From assembly GCA_964617125.1 (NCBI GenBank), contig CAZTVS010000001.1, forward strand, positions 14,296 through 78,295: a stretch of DNA of 64,000 nucleotides, in the 5' to 3' direction. The translations under genes were made by a program, and so were the position numbers. Source of the DNA: an uncultured Acidobacteriota bacterium (GTDB taxonomy: Bacteria; Acidobacteriota; UBA6911; CAINFC01). Each line of letters opens with the position of its first letter. Positions within the stretch are counted from its first letter, which is position 1. Shown piece by piece: positions 39,873-49,844 of this stretch. The notes under the pieces were generated by a model. It was not told the origin of the DNA. It saw only the letters and a program-made list of their open reading frames with translations, and ran no database searches.

Positions 39873-40112
39873 TTAAGCCTTTAGGGGTGCGGTGGCTTTC
39901 TTACGATAGGCCGCTATCATGGATTGCATCTGGTCCTTCAATGCCAATTTTTTCTTTTTTAAGACCGGAATTTCCAGGGATTCTTCCTCGCTGGGATAGG
40001 GTTTATTGCCGATTTGCTGCAAACGTTTTTCGAATGCCTGATGCTGTTCCCAAAGTTTGCGATATTCATGATTATTCTTTATGAGTTCGTCTTTGATATG
40101 TTGGTCGTTCAT
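39873..40112 (-). CDS. DUF465 (YdcH-like) small protein
   Basis: MNDQHIKDELIKNNHEYRKLWEQHQAFEKRLQQI. Start at 40112 with AGGAAGG SD. The longer ORF extends upstream. Confidence 0.55.
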   Translation of the reverse strand: MNDQHIKDELIKNNHEYRKLWEQHQAFEKRLQQIGNKPYPSEEESLEIPVLKKKKLALKDQMQSMIAAYRKKATAPLKA

Positions 40113-40341
40113 AGTTTCAACCTTCCTTTCAAATGCCCCGAGCAGGGCGGATTGGTTTCCTTGGCAAACAAAAGGCTTTCCATCGGTCACACATACCATT
40201 TTACGAAAAGTCGGAGTTTTCGATCCTTAATTTTTGTCTGTGCTGGGCCTGGTTCTGTATCGTCGGACCATATCCGTGCCGTATGGCGGGCAACCTCGGG
40301 TGGTTTAGGCAAGAGGCAATGTGTTCGTCCTGTCATAGAAA

Positions 40342-41334
40342 TCATTCGAGTGCCGCCGGATTGTTGGTCGGGCTGGTCGAACCCGGATGGACCGAATTAT
40401 AATGCGTTTCGTAGGCTTTGATGATCAGACGGACCAGACGATGTCGTACAACATCGTTTTCATTGAAGGAACAAAAACTCAATTCCGGCACCCGAGACAG
40501 GACCTGACGGGCATCTACCAGTCCTGAAGTCCGTCCCGGTGGGAGATCGATTTGAGTAATATCTCCGGTAATCACGGCTCTAGAATTATAGCCGATTCTG
40601 GTTAGAAACATCTTCATTTGTTCGGGAGAAGTGTTTTGTGCCTCGTCGAGAATCACGAAGGAATCGCTCAGAGTGCGGCCACGCATGTAAGCCAGAGGAG
40701 CGATCTCAATGACATTCTTTTCCATGTATCGATTGAACTTATCGCTGTCCATGAGATGAAATAGCGCATCGTAGAGAGGCCGGAGGTAGGGATCGATTTT
40801 TTCGGAAATGCCGCCCGGGAGAAAGCCCAATTTTTCCCCTGCTTCCACTGCCGGTCGGGTGAGAATGATCCGTGACACCCTTTTTTCCGACAATTGATAA
40901 ACCGCCATGGCCACAGCCAGGAAGGTTTTTCCCGTTCCGCCGGGCCCGATGGCGAAAACGATATCGTTGGAAAGCATGGCATCCAGGTAATAACGCTGAT
41001 TGGCGCTTTTAGGGAAAACGTAACGGCCTCCAGGCAAAGATATCTGTAATTTGGGGAAAAAGTCGGCGAGGGAAAGATCCGTATCTTTGGCGATCTGGTC
41101 CAGGGCCGCGCGCAGTTCACCGTTGCGAAAAATCTGCTTTTTCCGCAACAGGTCGGAATAGTCCTCCAGGATTTTTTCCACCATCCTGACATCGTTCTCT
41201 TCTCCTTCGATGGTCAGAGTGGAGCCTCGGAGGTGAAGAGATACGGAAAAGAGTCGCTCGATCTGTCGAAGATTTTCATCCTGTGGGCCGAATAACTCTC
41301 CTGGAGAAAAATCGGGGAACAGGTTCTTTTTCAT
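40342..41334 (-). CDS. phoH: PhoH-like ATPase
   Basis: P-loop GPGGTGKTFLAVA ... ILDEAQN. Start at MKKNLF. Confidence 0.85.
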   Translation of the reverse strand: MKKNLFPDFSPGELFGPQDENLRQIERLFSVSLHLRGSTLTIEGEENDVRMVEKILEDYSDLLRKKQIFRNGELRAALDQIAKDTDLSLADFFPKLQISLPGGRYVFPKSANQRYYLDAMLSNDIVFAIGPGGTGKTFLAVAMAVYQLSEKRVSRIILTRPAVEAGEKLGFLPGGISEKIDPYLRPLYDALFHLMDSDKFNRYMEKNVIEIAPLAYMRGRTLSDSFVILDEAQNTSPEQMKMFLTRIGYNSRAVITGDITQIDLPPGRTSGLVDARQVLSRVPELSFCSFNENDVVRHRLVRLIIKAYETHYNSVHPGSTSPTNNPAALE

Positions 41335-41554
41335 CGGATGTGGGAAAATCGAGGGAGAATCGGACAGAAAAAGGCATGAGTCCAATCCCTCGGTGATATT
41401 TTTCTAAAAGGATTCAAATCGGAAATTCGTAAACCGCAGTGAAGGGTACGGATGATCAGGCTGTTAGGATTACCAATTTTTATGAACATGGATTCCTTCT
41501 ATTGATAATACAAAAAGGGGGTAAAGGTCAATAATAAAATCTGGCTGTTTCTAC

Positions 41555-41583
41555 TTGACATATATGGAAGTTTCAATGTAACT
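41555..41583 (+). promoter_or_regulatory. Candidate promoter for rpsT (TTGACA -35)
   Basis: Perfect TTGACA at 41555-41560. Weak -10 (TAACTT) about 18 nt downstream. About 75 nt upstream of the rpsT ATG. Confidence 0.25.
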
Positions 41584-41655
41584 TCTAGCGCTTTTCGCGA
41601 AAAGTGGGTTTCAATACAGGAATGTTTTTCTTTTAAGGTTAAGTAAGGTCTATCG

Positions 41656-41934
41656 ATGCAGAGACATAAATCGGCAATGAAAGCGGCGCGCCACGCCACA
41701 AAGCGAAACCAGATGAACTCCGCCAACGCCACCCGTGTGCGTAAGACGGTAAAAGCAGCCCGCAAGGCTGTGGAAGAAGGAAATCAGGCAGAAGTGAAGA
41801 CGGCTCTGCCCTTTATGGTGGAAATGCTGGATCGCATGTCAAGAAGGGGTGTTGTGCACCCGAATAAAGCCGCAAGGCTGAAATCCCGGATAACTCGCCA
41901 GGCAAACCAAGTGCAGAAATCCCCCACTGCCTAG
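41656..41934 (+). CDS. rpsT: 30S ribosomal protein S20
   Basis: HKSAMKAARHATKRNQMNSANATRVRKTVKAARKAVEEGN. Confidence 0.9.
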   Translation: MQRHKSAMKAARHATKRNQMNSANATRVRKTVKAARKAVEEGNQAEVKTALPFMVEMLDRMSRRGVVHPNKAARLKSRITRQANQVQKSPTA

Positions 41935-41972
41935 CCGAATTTCAGATTCCAATCACCTTTTGTTCGGTTTCG

Positions 41973-42000
41973 CGCCCGGTGTAAAAACCGGGCGTTTTCT
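41973..42000 (+). terminator. Rho-independent terminator between convergent rpsT and argF
   Basis: CGCCCGGT-gtaaaa-ACCGGGCG followed by TTTTCTTT. Confidence 0.7.
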
Positions 42001-42927
42001 TTATATCTTCTTTTCCTGCCCCATAAGCATGACCATGATCGCCTTCTGTACATGCAGGCGATTCTCTGCCTGATCGAAAACAATGGACTGGGTGGATTCG
42101 ATCACTTCCTCGCTGACCTCTTCTCCCCGATGGGCCGGCAGACAATGCATGAATCGGCATTCTGGCGATGCCAGACGCATGAGGGCCGCATCGACCTGGA
42201 ATCCCTGAAAGGCCTTCTTTCTACGTTCGGCTTCCGCTTCCTGACCCATAGAAGCCCAGACATCGGTGTACAGGATGTCTGCGTTGCTGGCAGCCAATTT
42301 CGGGTCGTCGGTCAGGGTGATTTCGGATCCGGACCGTGCAGCGGCCAGTTGTGCGGCCTTGATGACCGCCGGTGACATTTCGAATCCCGGAGGTGTGGCC
42401 GCAGCAAAGTGAATTCCCAGTTTAGCGGCACCTTCGAGCAGGGAATGGGCCATATTGTTCCCGTCTCCGATATAGGCGACTTTCAACCCCTCCAGTTTGT
42501 GTTTTTTCTCCCAGATGGTGAAGTAATCTGCCAGTGCCTGGCAGGGGTGTGAGTGGTCGCTCAGCCCGTTGATCACCGGGATGGTGCCATACTGGACCAT
42601 ATCGAGCAGGATCTGGTGTTGAAAAACACGGGCCATGATTCCATCCAGATAACGGGACATGACTCGGGCCGTGTCGCGGATCGGCTCTCCACGACCGATC
42701 TGGAGATCGGAAGAGCTAAGAAAAAGGCCGTATCCGCCAAGCTGATATACCCCTGTTTCAAAACTGATGCGGGTTCGGGTGGAGGCTTTCTGAAAAAGTA
42801 AGGCAATGGTCTTGCCGGAAAGGGCATTCCTGTAAGCTCCCGGATCTTTCTTGATACGGGCGGATAAATCCAGGATTTCCCGGATCTCTTCCGGGGTGAG
42901 TTCGATGATGTCGATTAAGTTTTTCAT
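42001..42927 (-). CDS. argF: Ornithine carbamoyltransferase
   Basis: STRTR carbamoyl-phosphate motif, HPCQ, and DVWASMG ornithine-binding motif. Confidence 0.85.
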   Translation of the reverse strand: MKNLIDIIELTPEEIREILDLSARIKKDPGAYRNALSGKTIALLFQKASTRTRISFETGVYQLGGYGLFLSSSDLQIGRGEPIRDTARVMSRYLDGIMARVFQHQILLDMVQYGTIPVINGLSDHSHPCQALADYFTIWEKKHKLEGLKVAYIGDGNNMAHSLLEGAAKLGIHFAAATPPGFEMSPAVIKAAQLAAARSGSEITLTDDPKLAASNADILYTDVWASMGQEAEAERRKKAFQGFQVDAALMRLASPECRFMHCLPAHRGEEVSEEVIESTQSIVFDQAENRLHVQKAIMVMLMGQEKKI

Positions 42928-42961
42928 AGCAGTATGGATGTCGGTAAAAGATTAGAAATTG

Positions 42962-44014
42962 CTAAAAACGTCTGAAGGAGTTTAAGGCTGGGCGTTTGTT
43001 TCCAGCCGTGGAATGGACAAGGGAAGCAACCTTAACAATCAGGCTCTCTAGAAGAATTTTGGGAGGCATGCGGCTCGATTTCATCTGGCGATCGGTCTGG
43101 GTTGCCACGACGTAGAGCGCCTGTAACTGTTTGGCCGGAAGAATGGCAGACAGGTCGAGAACGGATGGGATCAGAAAAGGTTTCAATTTCAGCGTTTGGC
43201 CGATTTCATCCCTGGAGTTATTGTTTTGAATCATCTCTTTGGCGACGCACCAGTTGTGAAGTTGGTTGGTGATCATGGTCAGGAGATAGAGGGGGGCTAT
43301 TCCTTGATTGAGCAAAGTCTCATTCATTTGCAGGGCGGTGCATGTCTTTCCCTGGGAAAGGGCGTCCAGCAATTTATAACTGGGCAGATCATCGTTTGCA
43401 GGTAAAAGACGCTCCACCGTTTGTGCGGATACGGGGCCGGGTTTATCCATCCAATCGAAAATCTTGTCCATTTGAGAGGTGATTTGCCAAAGATTCTCTC
43501 CGGCACGATCCACAGCCGCAGACACTGCGGAATAGTCAAAGGAGTATCCTTTCTGCCGGGCAAAATCCTGGATCCACTTTTTTCTCTCGGCGGGATTCAG
43601 TAAGGGGCATTCGATCAGAAAGCCATATTCTGAGGTCAGGTTTTCGATCCTACTGCCTTTTTGTGCCTGTTCCATTTCGATTATCAGGATGCTTCTGGGC
43701 GAGGCCTGTTTTAAATACGTCTCCAGTAAGTCGGTGCCTGCCGGTCCGGACACCTCGGATCCTCGAAAGACGATCACGCGAAAATCGGCACCGAAGGGTA
43801 GGGTTGTGGCCAGAGACAGTCCTTCACGTATTTCTTCCAGCGTATCTTCAAACTTGGAGAAACAGAATCCTCTTGCCTCTTGCGGCAGATAACGATCCAA
43901 AATCATGTTCTGCCCTTGGTGGTGATGATAGGTTTCCGGACCAAGGAACAGGTAGATTCTGGATGGTTTCGCTTTGGCAAATGCAGTTTGAAATTGAAGG
44001 AAATTCATGGGCAA
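42962..44014 (-). CDS. holA: DNA polymerase III delta subunit
   Basis: RIYLFLGPETY N-terminus. About 350 aa. Conserved lptE-holA synteny. Confidence 0.7.
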   Translation of the reverse strand: MPMNFLQFQTAFAKAKPSRIYLFLGPETYHHHQGQNMILDRYLPQEARGFCFSKFEDTLEEIREGLSLATTLPFGADFRVIVFRGSEVSGPAGTDLLETYLKQASPRSILIIEMEQAQKGSRIENLTSEYGFLIECPLLNPAERKKWIQDFARQKGYSFDYSAVSAAVDRAGENLWQITSQMDKIFDWMDKPGPVSAQTVERLLPANDDLPSYKLLDALSQGKTCTALQMNETLLNQGIAPLYLLTMITNQLHNWCVAKEMIQNNNSRDEIGQTLKLKPFLIPSVLDLSAILPAKQLQALYVVATQTDRQMKSSRMPPKILLESLIVKVASLVHSTAGNKRPALNSFRRF

Positions 44015-44022
44015 AGATTCTA

Positions 44023-44592
44023 TCAGTCAATGGTCTGTAGATTTTCCAAACAGAGAGCAACCACGGTAGAGGCAAAATCACGGGCAATGCGGTCCATGGC
44101 CGGATTCTGTTCCGAAAAAAAGTGTTGGACATCCGGATTGATCTGATATTGATCACGAAATAAAAAATTAGGCATATCGATAATGACTTTACCATCGCTC
44201 TTGCGGATGATTTTTACGGATGCCTGGATCGACAGGAGAAAGGTATTGGCGAACCCTTCTTGGCCGAATAGGATTGGAGAGGAATTTAAAGACGTCACCA
44301 CACCCTCCAGGACGAGATCGCCTTGTTTGTCGTCAGAAGATATATCCATGGATGAGTTTTCCGAAAAGCGTTCGATGAGTGCCCGGGTCAGTATCTGTTC
44401 TATGCGCGGTGTGTTAGTCGTATTCTTTAAAACGGGAATAGCTAAAGCAGTTGTTACCTTGGGCTGCGTACGGGACCGATCAGCCAGACGGTATCCGCAA
44501 CCTGCACTGGTCCATGCGAAAATGGCCATGAGGAGACATATACAAGGGATTTTCCTTTCCCATCGAAAGGAGCCAAGGGTCATTTCACTCAT
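44023..44592 (-). CDS. lptE: LPS-assembly lipoprotein LptE-like
   Basis: Lipobox LLMAIFAWTSAGC. About 190 aa. Immediately upstream of holA, as in many Gram-negatives. Confidence 0.5.
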   Translation of the reverse strand: MSEMTLGSFRWERKIPCICLLMAIFAWTSAGCGYRLADRSRTQPKVTTALAIPVLKNTTNTPRIEQILTRALIERFSENSSMDISSDDKQGDLVLEGVVTSLNSSPILFGQEGFANTFLLSIQASVKIIRKSDGKVIIDMPNFLFRDQYQINPDVQHFFSEQNPAMDRIARDFASTVVALCLENLQTID

Positions 44593-45059
44593 TCTGTCCC
44601 TAATGATCGAATAGGCGGTTAGCCGGGATATTCACGGGTAAGGTATTCCCGAGGAACTCGTACCCGACTCATTCATTTAAAAAGGGTCATTATAGAGGTA
44701 TGTTGAGTGGAGGTCAAGAAGAGCCAATCGGGAGCCTTTTTCTGTCCGAGGGGTGGAAAAAAGGACAGCATCTCTATTCTGTTCCATCCAAGCAAAGATT
44801 GTGTCGGTGAACGAAAAAGTCTCCGGTCTCGGAATACTGATGAAGCCGCAAAAAATGCCGGGAGCGCCGTCATCCTGCCGGCAAAATCTTTCGCATCAAT
44901 ACGGAATAAACACAGAAGAACGAAAGATCGACTTTTTGCGGCTTCATCGATACTATAGTCTGCATATTTGATATACTTGCACATTCGTATCCAGAGAAGC
45001 AGATGGTTCGGGCAGAAGAACAGACAAAGGACGGTCGATAAGGGGAGGATAATGACAAA

Positions 45060-47639
45060 ATGCGATGGTTGACATCTGCAATAACCTTTTTGCTCTTTTC
45101 TCCAGGATTTTCCCCACGATTGTCGGCAGGTACCCCTGCTCTACCTTTTCGCATCCAAATGGAAATCCCCGGGGTCGAGAGCTATAACGAGAAAGTCTCC
45201 ACTCCCCAGGCTGTGTGCGGATACCGCATTGGAGACCGGCACACGCGTCCCGATGAAGTCCTCACCTTTTTTCAGGCGATAGCCTCTTCCAGCGACCGGG
45301 TCGTACTGGGAACCCATGGCCAAAGTTATGAAGGAAGACCTTTGATCCATGCCATCGTTTCATCCCCAGCCAATCTGGTCCGCCTGGAGGATATTCGAAA
45401 AAGGAATGTTCAGATCAGTACAGATCTGGGTACGTGGGATAAGACGGCAACTTCGCAGATGCCTTTGATTGTCTGGATGGGGTATGGCGTTCATGGAAAT
45501 GAGTCCAGCGGGGTAGAAGCGTCTATGCTGCTGCTATACCACCTTGCCGCCGGACAGGGGCCTGCCGTGAACTCCATTCTGGAAAACTGTGTCGTCCTGA
45601 TACTTCCATCCTTGAATCCGGATGGTCATTCCCGATTTACCTCCTGGGTGAATGGATACCGTGGAGCCTTTGCCAACACCGATCCCCAGGACCGCGAACA
45701 TTGGGAGTCCTGGCCCGGAAGCCGCGGCAACCATTATTGGTTCGATCTGAATCGTGACTGGATGCCTCTGGAACATCCGGAATCCAGAGGACGACTGGAG
45801 TTGTACTATTCCTGGCGACCTCAATTGGTTACCGACTATCATGAAATGGGTCCCAACGGTACCTACTTCTTTCAACCAGGAATCGCCAACAGCGTCCATC
45901 CCTTTATCCCGAAAGAAGTGCAGGAACTGACATCCGAAATCGGGCAGTATCACGCCCAGGCCCTGGATCGCATCGGATCGCTCTACTACCATGGAGAAAA
46001 TTTCGATGACTTCTATATAGGGAAGGGATCGACCTATACCGATATAACCGGTGCTATAGGTATTTTGTTTGAGCAGGCGGGTACCAAAGCATTATTGAGG
46101 GAAACGAACCGGGGAGTAATGGATTATGCATTCACCATACGGAATCATCTGATCACCTCCCTCTCCAGTTTGCAAGCTGCTTATAGCTTGCGTGAAAAGA
46201 TGTTGCAGCAGCAGCACCAGTTTTATCGCGAGGCCGGTGCTTTTGCCAAAAAACTGGCGGTAAAAGGGTACGTTATCAACGCGAGTGGAGACAGTACACG
46301 AGCCTGGAAGTTGGCACAATTACTGAAACGGCATCAGATACGACTTTTCGAATTAGCCAGGCCGATAACCGTTGCCGACAAATCTTTTCTGCCGGGAAGT
46401 GCTTATGTCGTCCCGGGTAATCAGTCCCAGACGCGGCTCTTACATGCCATGATGGAACGACGGACGGACTTTTCTGTGGAAAAATTCTACGATATTTCCA
46501 CTTGGACCCTGCCGCTGGCTTACGGAGTTTCCTACCTGGAATGGACGCAACCAGTGGAAGGACTCTTAGGGAAGGAAATTCTGGAAGTAAAAAAGCCAAG
46601 ACAGGATTCGGGTTTTCGAGAGGCCGGGTACGGGTATCTCATGCCATGGAACGAGTATTTTTCTTTTCGTGCCCTGCATCGAATGCAACAGGCAGGATTG
46701 CACGTTTCCGCTTCCTTCCGTCCCTTTGAAATCCAAACCGCTGACGGGAAAAAAAGATTTGACCGAGGGACCATTTTTATTCCGACCAAGGGACAGCCGA
46801 TGTCCAGCGAAGTATTTCAGACATCGTTACATCTTGCACTCGACCAGGATTCCGTAGATATTTCCGGCATCTCTGGAGGGACGGTTACCGATGGTTCGGA
46901 TTTAGGGTCCAATCATTTTCGTGTTCTGGAAAAGCCGCGTGTAGCGCTTGTTTCCGGTCGGGGAACTAATGCCAATGAGGTTGGGGAGGTATGGCATTTA
47001 TTGGGTGAAAAAATGGGAATGCCTGTGGCCCTCATCGATTTGGACAGTTTCCATCGTATCGATCTGAACCGATACAACACCATTATCCTGGTTGGAGGCA
47101 GCTACGGAAAGGCTGAACAGCCTTTTGCCGTTTGTCTGAAACATTGGATTGAGAACGGAGGATTGTTAATTGCCTTGCGAGGCGCCGCACACTGGATCGT
47201 AGAACAGGAATTGGTGGCGGAATCCGCCGTCAAAAAAGAGGATAAAAAAGCCGGCAGGAACACCTCCTATGAGGATGCCGATCAGGCGGCAAACGAGGAA
47301 GTCGTCGGTGGGGCGATATTTCAGGTAGAGCTGGATAAGACGCATCCTCTCAGCTACGGACTGGAATCCCCGCTGGCCGTATTTCGCGATCACACCTTTC
47401 TGTTGGAACCTTGCAAAACGCCGGGGGGCAACGTGGCCCGTTATTCCTCTCATCCCTTGTGGAGCGGATATACCCCCGAAGGCTGGAACCAAAAACTGGC
47501 CCATAGTGCAGCGGTAATCGCCCAACATGTATCACGTGGTTATGTGGTTCTGTTTGCCGACAATCCGACCTTTCGCTCTTACTGGTATGGCAGCAGCCGT
47601 CTATTCCTCAATGCCGTTGCCTTTGGCAGGTCCTTTTAA
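45060..47639 (+). CDS. Secreted M14 zinc carboxypeptidase with C-terminal class-I glutamine amidotransferase-like (DJ-1-like) domain
   Basis: Signal peptide MRWLTSAITFLLFSPGFSPRLSAG. Zn ligands VWMGYGVHGNES...H. C-terminal VALVSGRG...TIILVGGSYG. Confidence 0.7.
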   Translation: MRWLTSAITFLLFSPGFSPRLSAGTPALPFRIQMEIPGVESYNEKVSTPQAVCGYRIGDRHTRPDEVLTFFQAIASSSDRVVLGTHGQSYEGRPLIHAIVSSPANLVRLEDIRKRNVQISTDLGTWDKTATSQMPLIVWMGYGVHGNESSGVEASMLLLYHLAAGQGPAVNSILENCVVLILPSLNPDGHSRFTSWVNGYRGAFANTDPQDREHWESWPGSRGNHYWFDLNRDWMPLEHPESRGRLELYYSWRPQLVTDYHEMGPNGTYFFQPGIANSVHPFIPKEVQELTSEIGQYHAQALDRIGSLYYHGENFDDFYIGKGSTYTDITGAIGILFEQAGTKALLRETNRGVMDYAFTIRNHLITSLSSLQAAYSLREKMLQQQHQFYREAGAFAKKLAVKGYVINASGDSTRAWKLAQLLKRHQIRLFELARPITVADKSFLPGSAYVVPGNQSQTRLLHAMMERRTDFSVEKFYDISTWTLPLAYGVSYLEWTQPVEGLLGKEILEVKKPRQDSGFREAGYGYLMPWNEYFSFRALHRMQQAGLHVSASFRPFEIQTADGKKRFDRGTIFIPTKGQPMSSEVFQTSLHLALDQDSVDISGISGGTVTDGSDLGSNHFRVLEKPRVALVSGRGTNANEVGEVWHLLGEKMGMPVALIDLDSFHRIDLNRYNTIILVGGSYGKAEQPFAVCLKHWIENGGLLIALRGAAHWIVEQELVAESAVKKEDKKAGRNTSYEDADQAANEEVVGGAIFQVELDKTHPLSYGLESPLAVFRDHTFLLEPCKTPGGNVARYSSHPLWSGYTPEGWNQKLAHSAAVIAQHVSRGYVVLFADNPTFRSYWYGSSRLFLNAVAFGRSF

Positions 47640-47806
47640 CCGTCGGCAACCCTCTACTTCTTACCCGGAAGCCGTTATTAAAATTTCCCAGGAAAGGCTG
47701 AGTGGGCTATACTTTGGATCGCCGAACCGGAGGTAGTATGCAACTCCACCCGTACAGGCAAGAAAGAAAACCAGGAAGGAAATCATAGGATAAGGAGTCG
47801 GTCGTT

Positions 47807-49462
47807 ATGGTAGAAGCACTGAAGAAGAATCCGAAATGGAAAGGCCGCCGCGGACCGGTTGTTCTGGTCATTATGGACGGAGTCGGCTATGGCAAGTATG
47901 CCGAGGGGGATGCGGTCTCCCAGGCCATGATGAATACGCTCCGAAAGCTGGAGAGCGAATGTCCTCATGTCAGGTTGAAGGCTCACGGAAAAGCTGTGGG
48001 CTTGCCCAGTGATGAGGATATGGGAAACAGCGAAGTCGGCCATAATGCCATCGGGTGCGGAAGGGTCTTCCAACAGGGTGCGGCGCTGGTGTCCCAATCC
48101 ATTGGATCGGCGGCCATGTTCTCCGGCGGCACATGGCGAAAGCTGATCGACAATGTCAAAAGCCATACATCGACGCTCCATTTCCTCGGGCTCTTCTCCG
48201 ATGGGAATGTGCATTCGCACTTGGATCATCTTAAGGCCATGATCGTCCAGGCTAAAAAGGAGGGTGTGGGCAAAGTGCGCATTCATTGCCTCCTGGATGG
48301 TCGTGATGTCGGAGAAACCAGTGCTTTGGAATACATCGATTCCTTCGAGGATTTCCTTGCAGCCATCAGAGACGGCGTTTTTGATGTCCGGATCGCCTCC
48401 GGTGGAGGACGTATGTACATAACCATGGATCGCTATGGGGCCGATTGGAGTATGGTCCAGCGTGGATGGCATACTCATGTTTTAGGGAAAGGTCGTTTAT
48501 TCGCGTCTGCTCGCCAGGCGGTAGAAACCTATCGCCGGGAGCAACCCGGGGTTATTGATCAAGACTTGCATGAGTTTGTGATTGCCGATCAGGGAATACC
48601 CGTCGGGCCGGTTCTCGATGGAGATTCGGTTATCTATTTCAATTTCCGGGGAGATAGAGCCCTGGAGATAACCGCAGCATTCGAACAACCGGATTTTAAT
48701 AAATTCGACCGGATCCGTTATCCTCAGGTGGAATATGCCGGGATGATGGAATACGATGGCGATCTGCATGTTCCCCGGCAGTATCTGGTGAATCCGCCTT
48801 CGATCGATCGAACCAGTGGAGAATATCTGACCGCTACCGGAGTGCGAATCCTGGCTATCAGCGAAACCCAGAAGTATGGCCATGTCACATATTTTTTCAA
48901 TGGAAACCGAACCGGGAAGTTCGACGAGTCATTGGAGGAATATGTCGAAATTCCCAGCGACGTCATCCCCTTCGAACAACGCCCCTGGATGAAATCCGCT
49001 GAGATTACAGATGCGGTGATCCGGGCCTTAGAGTCAGGAAAGTATGATTTTATCCGCTTGAATTACCCGAATGGTGATATGGTTGGCCATACCGGCATCT
49101 ATCAAGCGGTCATTTGTGCCATGGAGGCACTCGATCTGGGTTTGGGTCGCTTGATGAAGGCGGTTGAGAAGGCTGGAGGCGTGATGCTGGTTTCCGCCGA
49201 TCATGGCAACTCGGACGATATGTTCGAGCATGATAAAAAAAGCGGAGCCGTATTGAAGAAAGAAGACGGCACTCCCAAGGCCAAGACAAGTCATTCCCTG
49301 AACCCGGTACCGTGTATTGTCTACGATCCCGAAAACAAGGGAGAATACGAAGAAACGCTACGGACCGGTCTGGGAATTTCCTCTCTGGCAGCAACCTGCT
49401 TGGATCTTCTGGGCTTCCTTCCTCCGGAGGATTACGACCTGTCCCTGTTGTCGTTTCGCTGA
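47807..49462 (+). CDS. gpmI: 2,3-bisphosphoglycerate-independent phosphoglycerate mutase
   Basis: VVLVIMDGVGYG ... ADHGN. iPGM architecture, 551 aa. Confidence 0.85.
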   Translation: MVEALKKNPKWKGRRGPVVLVIMDGVGYGKYAEGDAVSQAMMNTLRKLESECPHVRLKAHGKAVGLPSDEDMGNSEVGHNAIGCGRVFQQGAALVSQSIGSAAMFSGGTWRKLIDNVKSHTSTLHFLGLFSDGNVHSHLDHLKAMIVQAKKEGVGKVRIHCLLDGRDVGETSALEYIDSFEDFLAAIRDGVFDVRIASGGGRMYITMDRYGADWSMVQRGWHTHVLGKGRLFASARQAVETYRREQPGVIDQDLHEFVIADQGIPVGPVLDGDSVIYFNFRGDRALEITAAFEQPDFNKFDRIRYPQVEYAGMMEYDGDLHVPRQYLVNPPSIDRTSGEYLTATGVRILAISETQKYGHVTYFFNGNRTGKFDESLEEYVEIPSDVIPFEQRPWMKSAEITDAVIRALESGKYDFIRLNYPNGDMVGHTGIYQAVICAMEALDLGLGRLMKAVEKAGGVMLVSADHGNSDDMFEHDKKSGAVLKKEDGTPKAKTSHSLNPVPCIVYDPENKGEYEETLRTGLGISSLAATCLDLLGFLPPEDYDLSLLSFR

Positions 49463-49508
49463 TCGTTCAGGTAAAGAATGGAAAAGAGGAGTCGGCTGCG
49501 GAGGAAAA

Positions 49509-49588
49509 GATGGCGTCCCCAAGGGGATTTGAACCCCTGTCGCCGCCGTGAAAGGGCGGTGTCCTAGGCCGGGCTAGACGATGGGGAC
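49509..49588 (-). tRNA. tRNA-Glu (anticodon UUC)
   Basis: Reverse complement GCGTCCCCATCGTCTAGCCCGGCCTAGGACACCGCCCTTTCACGGCGGCGACAGGGGTTCAAATCCCCTTGGGGACGCCA. Anticodon loop CTTTCAC. Confidence 0.85.
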
Positions 49589-49844
49589 GCTAGGAGGGTG
49601 TAGTATACCCTTGTGACTCTCTGAATGCAAGAGGAAGATTGTCATTTTTCCGCAGAAACATAAAGTGGAAGAACCAGGATCCGCTACCCCTGATGAAACG
49701 GCAAAAAGTCCTAGGAGCGACGGCGTCCCGCCGACAACAGCAATGGAATCAACACGAGATTTGCGAAAAGAAATGGAACAAAGACTTTTTGCCGCTCCAT
49801 CACCCCTGTCTGTTGTCGGAAAATAAAGAATAAGGATAAAACAT

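Noticed and set aside
44673-44984. 103-aa minus-strand ORF in the 467-bp gap upstream of lptE.
   Set aside because: No motif, unusual composition, no SD. It is more likely the lptE promoter/leader region. A small protein cannot be excluded, but there is no support.
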